Positions 47,447 through 55,332 are shown, counted from the stretch's first letter. The stretch is DNA of 64,000 nt from Anaerolineae bacterium (GCA_026645815.1 JAPKMR010000001.1:129498-193497), one strand, 5' to 3'. Program-made: numbers and translations. The notes: a model not told the origin generated them from the sequence alone.

Positions 47447-47475
47447 ATTGTAATTCACTTTCGCGATTTTGTCAA
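47447..47475 (-). promoter_or_regulatory. Promoter of the RHH gene pair
   Basis: On the reverse strand, TTGACA, an exact 17-nt spacer, then TACAAT. This leaves a leader of about 90 nt before the ATG at 47346. Confidence 0.65.
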
Positions 47476-47616
47476 GAGCTAATTACCGCCTATCACTAAC
47501 GCTTTTTTATACCCCTTTATCACACAAAAAGACAGTATAATACGAGAAAGTGAATGAATATACTGCTCACCAACCGAAAGACTGCAAGTGGTTGCCATTT
47601 CCTGAAAGGAGATTGT

Positions 47617-48564
47617 ATGAGTAATTTGCCCGCTTTCACCGATGTTCTCGAAGCTGCCGAGCGCATTCGCCACTATGTAAACCGAACACCGGTTTTCACC
47701 TCCCAAACGCTAAACAAGCTAATCGGTGCGGAGATCTTCCTGAAGGCAGAGAATCTGCAAAAGGTGGGGGCGTTCAAAGCCCGAGGCGCCTGCAATGCGG
47801 TCTTCGCACTCTCCGATGCCGAGGCAGCGCGCGGAGTTGCCACACACTCGTCCGGCAACCATGCACAAGCCGTGGCATACGCCGCAGGGCTGCGGGGCAT
47901 TCCCGCCACCGTGGTCATGCCCGAGGATGCCCCACCTGTCAAGGTCGCGGCAGTGCGCGGATACGGCGCACGTATCGTATGGGCAGGAACACAGGCGTTG
48001 GACCGGGAACAACGCCTCGAAGCAGTATTGGCAGAGACAGGCGCCATCTTCATCCACCCTTCCAATGACTTCCGCGTCATTGCCGGGCAAGGAACGGCAG
48101 CTCTGGAACTGCTCGAAGATATCGCAGCCCTGGATATCGTGATGACGCCGGTGGGTGGAGGCGGCCTGCTCGCCGGAACGGCGCTCGCGGTGGCAGGACG
48201 CTCACCACAGACCCAAGTTTTCGCTGCTGAGCCACAAACTGTAGATGATGCCGCGCGTTCCTTCCGCGATGGCGTCATCTATCCGCCGACCAACGCGCCA
48301 ACGGTGGCGGATGGGCTGCGCACATTTCTGGGTGATATGAACTTCCCCATCATTCGCCGGCACGTCAGCGATATCGTCACGGTCAGTGAAAAAGCCATCA
48401 TCGCTGCCATGCGCCTGGTGTGGGAACGGCTAAAGCTTATCATCGAGCCTTCAGCGGCGGTGCCGGTCGCGGCGCTACTTGAACATCCCGGCGCATTTCA
48501 GAGACGCCGTGTAGGTATCATCCTTTCGGGGGGAAATGCCAACCTCGATGCGCTACTGTGGTAG
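47617..48564 (+). CDS. PLP-dependent threonine/serine dehydratase family enzyme (serine-racemase-like)
   Basis: NLQKVGAFKARGA (PLP Lys), HSSGNHAQA, and PVGGGGLLAG. The start is ATG 47617 after AAAGGAGA. Confidence 0.8.
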   Translation: MSNLPAFTDVLEAAERIRHYVNRTPVFTSQTLNKLIGAEIFLKAENLQKVGAFKARGACNAVFALSDAEAARGVATHSSGNHAQAVAYAAGLRGIPATVVMPEDAPPVKVAAVRGYGARIVWAGTQALDREQRLEAVLAETGAIFIHPSNDFRVIAGQGTAALELLEDIAALDIVMTPVGGGGLLAGTALAVAGRSPQTQVFAAEPQTVDDAARSFRDGVIYPPTNAPTVADGLRTFLGDMNFPIIRRHVSDIVTVSEKAIIAAMRLVWERLKLIIEPSAAVPVAALLEHPGAFQRRRVGIILSGGNANLDALLW

Positions 48565-48636
48565 GGGGAGTTGTTTGCCGCGCAGTGGCGCAAACTCATG
48601 GGACGAAATCCGCGCAAATTTGTGGCAGATTTGCAG

Positions 48637-50172
48637 CTAGCGCCGGGTGATGGGGATGAGGCGCCCCGTGCCGAAGGCTTTATCGCTCACTTTGAGAATC
48701 ACGCCCATGTGCCAGCGTTTGTGCTCTGACCGGCGTAGAGCCGCATTGCTGCGATTCTCAAGTACCAACTGTTCCAACAAGGGGGCGATTTTCGGATAAT
48801 CAAAGGGATCCACCTGATCGGGCTTGAGCTCCGCCGAGGGCGGGCGCTCCAGGATAAAGGCTGGGATGGGAACGCCGCGGTTCTCCTGAATCCACGTCGC
48901 TAACGCATAGACCTCCGGTTTGGTGAGGTCACCTAGCGGGGAGAGCGTGCCCGCCAAATCGGCATAGAGCGTGCCATAGCCCAGCGCCAGCTCCGTCTTA
49001 TTGCTCGTATTGAGCAAAATTCCCCCATAACGGTTGACATAAGCCATGAGAACAAGCATGCGCAACCGCGCCTGGGCATTCTCTGCCCCCACCCCGGTAC
49101 CAAGCCAATCGTTCAGAGCCGTCTCCACCGCTGCATGCAGGGGTTCCAGGTCCACCACCTCGAAGCCAATGCCGAGCGTTGTCGCCAGCTCGTGCGCACA
49201 CTCTGTGGAACGCGGATCGGTGTAACGCGAGGGAATTGCCAGTCCGGTCACATTTGCAGCACCCACCGCCTCAGCAGCAAGTACCGCCACCACAGCGGAA
49301 TCCACCCCACCCGAAAGCCCCAAAGTCACGCGCCCCAGGCGGTTCTTGGTGACAAAATCGCGGATTCCCAAAACCAGGGCCTGGAACAAGATCGCCTCAG
49401 GGGCAGGTGTTGGCGGAGCTGAGAGCGGGGCGCTGGGGAACTCGATCACCTGCACCGCCGGTTCGAAGCCCGGCAATTGCGCGAGGAGTCTCCCATCGCC
49501 ATCCAACACAAAGCTACGTCCATCGAAGATGATCTCATCATTCGCGCCGGTCAGATTCACATAGACCAAAGGGCAGTGCGGGCGGTGGGCATGATAAAAT
49601 CGCTGCGCCAAAATACCCTTGCGAAAGGGTGAAGCGGCAATACAGATGAGCAAATCAGCCCCAGCTGCAAGAAGGTCCGCGGGCGGATGAAACGCGTAGC
49701 CCTCGTCCCAAAGGTCCTCACACACAAGGAAACCCATCCGCCGCCCACCCAAGTCAAGCGGGGGCAATACCGCTCCAGGCGTGAACCAACGCGCCTCGTA
49801 GAAGACGTCGTAGGTCGGGAGCAACCGCTTTGCTGCGACCAGGGTCACCTCACCGGCGTGGAGCATGACCGCTGCGTTGAGAAGCCCCGGGTGCTCAGGC
49901 GCAACCATTCCGCCAGGCATCGCCGTCCCCACCACCACGAGCGGTCCCTCCGCCACTTGATGAGCCAGATCAGTGGTCGCTGCTTCGACAGCGGTGATAA
50001 AACTGCCATCAAAAAGGATATCCCGCGGGGGATAGCCGGGAATCGTCATCTCCGGCAATACTACCAGATCGGCGCCCTGAGCACGCGCCGCTTCAACTGC
50101 CGCAAGGCAACGTTCCACATTGCCTTCCAGATCACCGATGATGGAATTAACCTGCGCTAATGCAATTTTCAT
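48637..50172 (-). CDS. nadE: Glutamine-dependent NAD+ synthetase (CN-hydrolase domain + synthetase domain)
   Basis: The N-terminal nitrilase-like domain has VVLPEM and FLVCEDLW. The C-terminal domain has the LGLSGGVDSAVVA P-loop. Confidence 0.85.
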   Translation of the reverse strand: MKIALAQVNSIIGDLEGNVERCLAAVEAARAQGADLVVLPEMTIPGYPPRDILFDGSFITAVEAATTDLAHQVAEGPLVVVGTAMPGGMVAPEHPGLLNAAVMLHAGEVTLVAAKRLLPTYDVFYEARWFTPGAVLPPLDLGGRRMGFLVCEDLWDEGYAFHPPADLLAAGADLLICIAASPFRKGILAQRFYHAHRPHCPLVYVNLTGANDEIIFDGRSFVLDGDGRLLAQLPGFEPAVQVIEFPSAPLSAPPTPAPEAILFQALVLGIRDFVTKNRLGRVTLGLSGGVDSAVVAVLAAEAVGAANVTGLAIPSRYTDPRSTECAHELATTLGIGFEVVDLEPLHAAVETALNDWLGTGVGAENAQARLRMLVLMAYVNRYGGILLNTSNKTELALGYGTLYADLAGTLSPLGDLTKPEVYALATWIQENRGVPIPAFILERPPSAELKPDQVDPFDYPKIAPLLEQLVLENRSNAALRRSEHKRWHMGVILKVSDKAFGTGRLIPITRR

Positions 50173-50187
50173 AAGCCGAACAGAAGA

Positions 50188-51078
50188 TCAGAACTCCGAT
50201 GCCACCGCCTCAAGCAAGTTGAGCGCCTCCAGAACAGAGTCACGCCGCAAGCAAACCTGATCGCCCAGCATAAAGGTACGGTAACCCAAACCTAGCAAGA
50301 AAGCCACATCGCCGATATCGGCGCTTTCGGGAACGGGATAGCGCGCCAGGGAATCGAAAATACGACTGGCAACCACGGCATGGGGATCAGCCTTGATAAT
50401 ATCACGCAGCGCGCCTACAACACGATGCGGCTGTAGCACTTCCACATAGAGGTCACCCCGCGCTGCCATTAACCGCCCCTGCCCCGATCCATGCTCGCGC
50501 ACAAAAGCTAAACCCCGCTGCGATTCAATCTTGAGCAACACGTCTGCCCTAGGCAGCAACGACCGCACTTCTTCCGCATCAGAAGGACGCTCGACGTAAG
50601 AGAGCATCACCTGTTTGAGGCCTACCTCACGCATTGCCGCCAGGTAAGTGCAGTCCAAGTCGGTGAGAGTGCCCTCGATTTCCAGCGCAGGATGGATGAT
50701 GTTCACGGACTCACCCGGTCCGATAAGCCGCCGAGGCCCATCCTCAAGAATCAGGCGGTCGCCATCCACCGCCGCGATGCGGGTTTGCTCGTCGCCATCG
50801 GAAAGGAAGGCGTCCACGGGCGTGGGCACGCGCAGGCGATGGCTCACGCGCACCTCCGTGTACGGAGGGATAGCCGCCCCCACGACGCGCAGCTGCCGCC
50901 CTTTGAGATCCACCCATAGCGGCTGTCCCAAAGCACTGAGCCGCTCCAGCACTTCGGCGGGGCTTTCCTTGAGCGGCATCACAGTATTGAGCCGCAGACC
51001 ACAGACCAACGGATGCCGCGCCACATCCTTTAGGAAAGGTGCGTAGGGCGGCACTGTAACAATCGCCTGAACTTTCAT
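50188..51078 (-). CDS. Pyruvate-kinase-like TIM-barrel protein lacking the C-terminal domain (296 aa)
   Basis: Aligns by eye to pyruvate kinase landmarks: GLRLNT vs RLNFSHG, DLKGRQLRV vs DTKGPEIR, KIESQRGL vs KIENQEG, MAARGDLYVEV vs MVARGDLGVEI, VVASRIFDSL vs ATQMLESM, and DIGDVAFLLGLGYRTFMLGDQ vs EVSDVANAVLDGTDAVMLSGE. Confidence 0.6.
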   Translation of the reverse strand: MKVQAIVTVPPYAPFLKDVARHPLVCGLRLNTVMPLKESPAEVLERLSALGQPLWVDLKGRQLRVVGAAIPPYTEVRVSHRLRVPTPVDAFLSDGDEQTRIAAVDGDRLILEDGPRRLIGPGESVNIIHPALEIEGTLTDLDCTYLAAMREVGLKQVMLSYVERPSDAEEVRSLLPRADVLLKIESQRGLAFVREHGSGQGRLMAARGDLYVEVLQPHRVVGALRDIIKADPHAVVASRIFDSLARYPVPESADIGDVAFLLGLGYRTFMLGDQVCLRRDSVLEALNLLEAVASEF

Positions 51079-51152
51079 AGCAGTGTAACCTCAGGCCCAC
51101 AATAAGTAGGCGACTTTCTCCGGTCAGATTCCTGCCGGCGATGCTGAAGATT

Positions 51153-52115
51153 CTAGATCTTCAACGTCGCATCACAATACTTACATTTGAACATGCCGGT
51201 AGCATCCACAGGGATGGGCGCGCCGCAGCGTGGGCACTTGAGTTCGATAGGTTTACTTATCTCGGCAACCTTCTCCTCACTCTGGCGTGCGCGCATATTG
51301 TTCTGGAAATCCCCGAAGTGCCCCCAAGCACGGGCAATGAGACCCATGGCGTAATCCACGGCGCGTTGCTCATCCTCGATGCGGAAGATTTTCTGCTCCG
51401 TAATCGCCTGACCCCACTGCTGATCCACGGCATCGCCAGGGCGCCCGGTGGGGCGACGCAGGAACCAGACATTCCAATCCTCGGTCGCCTGCTGCCACGC
51501 AGCCAAAGCATCTACATCGCCGCCATCAGCATGGCCCAGATAATGCTGAATCTGCGCTTCGGGCACCATGGGATGCATCGGCGCATCGCCAAATACAATG
51601 AGGAAGGGCTTCTCGCCAACGTTGGGGGTTTGAACATGCGTGTTGACCCAATGGGCAAAAAGGCCGTAGCTTTCAGGCGCATCACCGCCGCCCCCCTCAC
51701 CATAGAGCGAGCCAAGCTGCTGCTCAAGGTCATAGCCGCTGGAAAAGGTGGTCACCTGCAAGGGCCAGGTATCGCAGCCCGCATCGCCGATGGCGACGAA
51801 ACAGACTTCCAGGTCTTCACGGTATTGGGAAAGCGTGTTATAGAGCAACGGCAAGCGGTCGAAAATCTCAAAGGGCCAATTGGCCATCGAACCGGTCACA
51901 TCCACCGCGATGATGAGAGGATTGGTTGATTGCGTGGAGATATGTTTGCTCGGGTCAATGACCTTTTCATTAGGTTCATGTTTTTGCTTATAAGTACGCG
52001 GGCCACTGGCATCAGCACGCTCCGCCGCCTCCTTGCGGCGTGCCGCACCTCGCGTTCCATAGGCATATTTTGCATCACCATACCACTCAGTGGTATCTTC
52101 ATCCCAAGAATACAT
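51153..52115 (-). CDS. von Willebrand factor A domain protein with C-terminal zinc ribbon
   Basis: MIDAS-like motif IIAVDVTGSM, with downstream FVAIGDAG and LIVFGDAPMH strands. The C-terminal Cys4 ribbon is CPRCGAPIPVDATGMFKCKYCDATL. The start is ATG 52115 after ACGGAGG. Confidence 0.65.
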   Translation of the reverse strand: MYSWDEDTTEWYGDAKYAYGTRGAARRKEAAERADASGPRTYKQKHEPNEKVIDPSKHISTQSTNPLIIAVDVTGSMANWPFEIFDRLPLLYNTLSQYREDLEVCFVAIGDAGCDTWPLQVTTFSSGYDLEQQLGSLYGEGGGGDAPESYGLFAHWVNTHVQTPNVGEKPFLIVFGDAPMHPMVPEAQIQHYLGHADGGDVDALAAWQQATEDWNVWFLRRPTGRPGDAVDQQWGQAITEQKIFRIEDEQRAVDYAMGLIARAWGHFGDFQNNMRARQSEEKVAEISKPIELKCPRCGAPIPVDATGMFKCKYCDATLKI

Positions 52116-52200
52116 AGGTACCTCCGTAGTCAATAGTTGAGAGTCAAAGAGTCATATCATGAATCACAGGTCAGAGAGTGTCAGCGCAGACAGCCCCCAA

Positions 52201-52755
52201 TTAGCTCACCACGGAGTCGAGCGCAAGGGTTTCCAGGCCGAATTCGCGACGGAAGCGCTCATCTAAATGGCGGGTGGTGATGTAGTCCACAATCTCCGGC
52301 GGGACGAGGGCGCGCCAATCGCCACCACGCGCCAGCTCGCGACGCACCATGGTACCGTCCACAGCAACACGAGCTTCCGGAGATACTAACGCCACCGGGC
52401 GCAGCAACAGATAGTCCTCCCGCAACAAACTGGCAACGTAAGGGTTAGCCGTCACAAAGGCATCCAGAGGACCAAAGATATCGCGAACCATCAAGCGCCA
52501 GCGAGGTCCATCGTCGAGATCGGGCACGGGGACAAGCACATAATTCACGTGCCCGGCGAGCGCCAAGTGTAGCATCTCAGTTGTCTCCTCCAGGGTAAAA
52601 GGGTTACGCGCATTGTAACGGTTGGAGCTACCAATACCGATAAAAGCTTGTTCCGCGCATCGGCAGAGGGCATGCAACACAGGCAAGTGCCCGAGGTGAA
52701 CAGGTTTCCACCGGGCGACCATAGCAATGCGCTCGAAGTGTGGCAGAGTGTCCAT
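52201..52755 (-). CDS. nadM: Archaeal-type nicotinamide/nicotinate mononucleotide adenylyltransferase
   Basis: ARWKPVHLGH vs GRFQPFHKGH of M. jannaschii NMNAT. Also GIGSSNRYNARNPFTLEE vs GIGSAQKSHTLENPFTAGE, and DGTMVRRELARGGDWRALVP vs [20 protein letters not shown]. Confidence 0.78.
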   Translation of the reverse strand: MDTLPHFERIAMVARWKPVHLGHLPVLHALCRCAEQAFIGIGSSNRYNARNPFTLEETTEMLHLALAGHVNYVLVPVPDLDDGPRWRLMVRDIFGPLDAFVTANPYVASLLREDYLLLRPVALVSPEARVAVDGTMVRRELARGGDWRALVPPEIVDYITTRHLDERFRREFGLETLALDSVVS

Positions 52756-52893
52756 CAATACCAGTTTAGAACTGGAAGCGAAAAGTTTGAAGTTGTGAGT
52801 AGTATGACCAGCGCGCTATCCTCGACAACCAACAATCAGCAACACAAAACCAATAATATGCCCAAGTTGGAGCAAGTCAACTGTCGGTGAATG

Positions 52894-53059
52894 CCATAGC
52901 TGTTCAGACTTCCATCACAAGGCACACATTGCGGACTAAAGTCCGTTAAAGAGGGTGATTTTCGATGCCGCGCTGCGCGCGGCATCGAAAATCACCCTCA
53001 AAACCGCGGCTTCAGCCGCTCTTCGTAGCGACAAACGAGAAAACGCTGAACACTTATGG
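52894..53059. repeat. 166-bp long imperfect palindrome with TIR-like ends (MITE-like), no ORF
   Basis: The ends are CCATAGCTGTTCAG (52894..52907) and CTGAACACTTATGG (53046..53059), complementary at 12 of 14 positions. Small hairpins sit at mirrored positions (GCGGACTAAAGTCCGT and GCGGCTTCAGCCGC). A perfect hairpin sits near the centre at 52951..52999. Confidence 0.6.
52951..52999. repeat. Perfect 23-bp hairpin, GGTGATTTT family
   Basis: GAGGGTGATTTTCGATGCCGCGC-TGC-GCGCGGCATCGAAAATCACCCTC. It lies in a divergent intergenic region (nadM on one side, deaD on the other), so it is not a terminator by position. Confidence 0.9.
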
Positions 53060-53071
53060 GAAAACTATGAG

Positions 53072-53099
53072 TTGCAGCTTCAAGCGTCCGTGGTATAAT
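53072..53099 (+). promoter_or_regulatory. Promoter of the deaD leader / small transcript
   Basis: TTGCAG (53072..53077), a 16-nt spacer, then TATAAT (53094..53099) with an upstream TGg extended -10. Confidence 0.6.
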
Positions 53100-53155
53100 T
53101 CGCCCCGGTGCGCTGGAGCGCCACTTTAAGATAGTCAAAAACAGTCGTGAAGTGC

Positions 53156-53186
53156 GGGCCCTGCCAATCCTGGTAGGGCCTTTTTT
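53156..53186 (+). terminator. Intrinsic terminator inside the deaD 5' leader
   Basis: GGGCCCTGCCA-ATCC-TGGTAGGGCCT forms a stem of about 11 bp with two G-T wobbles. It runs into TTTTTT (53181..53186), 32 nt before the deaD ATG. Confidence 0.7.
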
Positions 53187-53218
53187 GATGAGTAGTGTCA
53201 GAATTGAATAAGGAAACC

Positions 53219-54883
53219 ATGAGTAACGATTTTAGTATGTTTGAATTGCATCCGCAGGTACTGCAGGCGATTACTGACCTGGGCTACGAAGTACCTACCC
53301 CGATCCAGGAGCGCGCCATTCCGGCGCTGCTGGCAGGACGGGATGTTTTGGGTCAGGCGCAGACAGGTACCGGCAAAACTGCAGCCTTTGCGCTACCCTT
53401 ACTCCACAAGCTCGATAACAGCGTGCGTGGGGTTCAAGGTCTGGTCGTGACGCCCACCCGCGAGCTGGCACTGCAAGTATCAAAGGCAGTGTACGAATAC
53501 GGGCGCCTGCGTGGGGTGCGAGTGCTCGCCGTGTATGGCGGGCAATCGTACGACAGACAGATCAGCCGGTTGGAACGTGGCGTGGATATCGTGGTCGGAA
53601 CGCCAGGACGGATGTTGGATTTGATTAATCGTGGCGTGCTGAATCTCAGCATGGTGCAGTATCTGGTTCTGGATGAAGCAGACGAGATGTTGAGCATGGG
53701 TTTTGTCGAGGATATTGAAGCCATTCTCCGTGAAACGCCATCCGAACGCCAGACAGCACTCTTTTCTGCCACCCTCCCAGAAGCCATCCGGCAACTGGCA
53801 GAGCGCTATATGCACAGCCCAGAGACGATCTCAGTCAACCCTGAACGCATCACCGTAGCAGAAACCGAGCAGCGGCACTATCTGATCTACGAAGAGGACA
53901 AACTGGCAGCACTGATGCGGTTGCTGGAAGTAGAAACCGTCACCGGAGCATTGATCTTCACACGCACCAAAGTCAGAGCGGCGGAGGTTGCTGATGCACT
54001 CGTGGCACGCGGCATCCAGGCTGAGGCCCTGCACGGCGACCTTACCCAGGCGGCGCGCGAAACCGTGCTCAACCGTTTCCGTCAGGGACGACTCACTTTC
54101 CTGGTAGCAACCGATGTAGCAGCGCGCGGGTTGGATATCGAAGGCATCTCACATGTCATCAACTTTGATCTCCCCTTCGACGCGGAAGCCTACGTCCACC
54201 GCATTGGACGCACCGGGCGCGCCGGGCGCGCCGGCGTGGCAATTAGCCTGCTCACCCCACGCGAAAAACAAGGACTGCGTCGCATCGAGGCGTACACGCT
54301 CCAACCCATCCATCGCGGCAAGTTGCCCGGCGTCGAAGACGTGCTCGCCTATCGAGACACACTCTTCATTCAACGTGTGGAAGCAGCGTTGGCTCAAAAA
54401 GATAACGCTGCAACCGAGATGGTAGAGCAGCTTTGCGCGGCAGGACACACGCCCGAAGAACTCGCGGCAGCAGCCATCCAACTGGTGCGCGCGCAAGAGC
54501 AACATCGCCCGATCGAGCCGGTCAACGAAATTCAACCCTATTTGCCGGCGCATCGGCGCCCGGCAGCAACGCGAGAGACGCGCGCCCAGGATGAGCGTCC
54601 GCACGGCGCTCGCTCACGTGAATCCGGCAAAAAGCGCGACCGTGAAAAGGGTATGGTACGCTTCATCCTCAACGCAGGCAAGGCGCAGGGCATTCGCCCC
54701 GGCGATATCGTTGGAGCCATTGCCGGCGAGGCTGACATTCCCGGACGCGACATCGGCGCCATTGATATTCAAGAACGCCACACCTTCGTGGACGTCGCTG
54801 AGAAACACGCTGACAAAGTCTTCAAACGCATGAAGCAATTCCGCATGCGCCAGCACCGGCTCACGCTGAAATACGCCGAGTAA
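53219..54883 (+). CDS. deaD: DEAD-box ATP-dependent RNA helicase with C-terminal DbpA-type RNA-binding domain
   Basis: Q-motif FSMFELHPQVLQAI..PTPIQ, AQTGTGKT, PTRELA, VLDEADEM, SAT, HRIGRTGRAG. The C-terminal part is MVRFILNAGKAQGIRPGDIVGAI. The ATG at 53219 follows AAGGAAA. Confidence 0.9.
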   Translation: MSNDFSMFELHPQVLQAITDLGYEVPTPIQERAIPALLAGRDVLGQAQTGTGKTAAFALPLLHKLDNSVRGVQGLVVTPTRELALQVSKAVYEYGRLRGVRVLAVYGGQSYDRQISRLERGVDIVVGTPGRMLDLINRGVLNLSMVQYLVLDEADEMLSMGFVEDIEAILRETPSERQTALFSATLPEAIRQLAERYMHSPETISVNPERITVAETEQRHYLIYEEDKLAALMRLLEVETVTGALIFTRTKVRAAEVADALVARGIQAEALHGDLTQAARETVLNRFRQGRLTFLVATDVAARGLDIEGISHVINFDLPFDAEAYVHRIGRTGRAGRAGVAISLLTPREKQGLRRIEAYTLQPIHRGKLPGVEDVLAYRDTLFIQRVEAALAQKDNAATEMVEQLCAAGHTPEELAAAAIQLVRAQEQHRPIEPVNEIQPYLPAHRRPAATRETRAQDERPHGARSRESGKKRDREKGMVRFILNAGKAQGIRPGDIVGAIAGEADIPGRDIGAIDIQERHTFVDVAEKHADKVFKRMKQFRMRQHRLTLKYAE

Positions 54884-54892
54884 AATGCCACA

Positions 54893-54933
54893 GAAAGCAT
54901 TGCGCCGCGGCACAACCGCGGCGCAATGCTTTC
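54893..54933 (+). terminator. Hairpin after deaD
   Basis: GAAAGCATTGCGCCGCGG / CCGCGGCGCAATGCTTTC, an 18-bp perfect stem 10 nt after the stop. No T-run follows. Confidence 0.5.
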
Positions 54934-55212
54934 CGTGTGGTCGTATACCTCGCCCAGCAGGGGCTTATCATTCTTGTCAGGCTCTACCCACTCGCCAGGC
55001 TTTGCAGGTGAAGCTGCCCAGAAAGAGGATGTTTTGCGGTGACGGACAGTTGCCCATCACCATAAAACATCAGAAAAAATAACGGCTTTGGCCGTCTCTC
55101 AAACTGCGACGTATTGCCCGTAGGGAGATTGATAGGGCCTTACCTCCCCGCTAGGGTACGTTTCAACTTTGGGGCAAAAGCGAGACGGCTATCATACAAA
55201 TGCCTTTCCTTG

Positions 55213-55257
55213 GGTGATTTTGTGCAGCGTGGCTGCGTCACGCTGCACAAAATCACC
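55213..55257. repeat. Perfect 19-bp hairpin, GGTGATTTT family
   Basis: GGTGATTTTGTGCAGCGTG-GCTGCGT-CACGCTGCACAAAATCACC. The loop contains GCTGCG, which also forms the tip of 52951..52999. Confidence 0.9.
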
Positions 55258-55332
55258 TTTCTAACACACCCTATCAGGGCGTTTGAGATTGCCGCCCCCA
55301 TTCTGAAACGCTGCCGCCACCACCAACCCGTA

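Noticed and set aside
50188-51078. Calling the 296-aa barrel a bona fide pyruvate kinase (pyk)
   Set aside because: It lacks the entire C-terminal domain and most of the B domain. I could not confirm the catalytic Lys and metal ligands by eye. It is annotated only as pyruvate-kinase-like.
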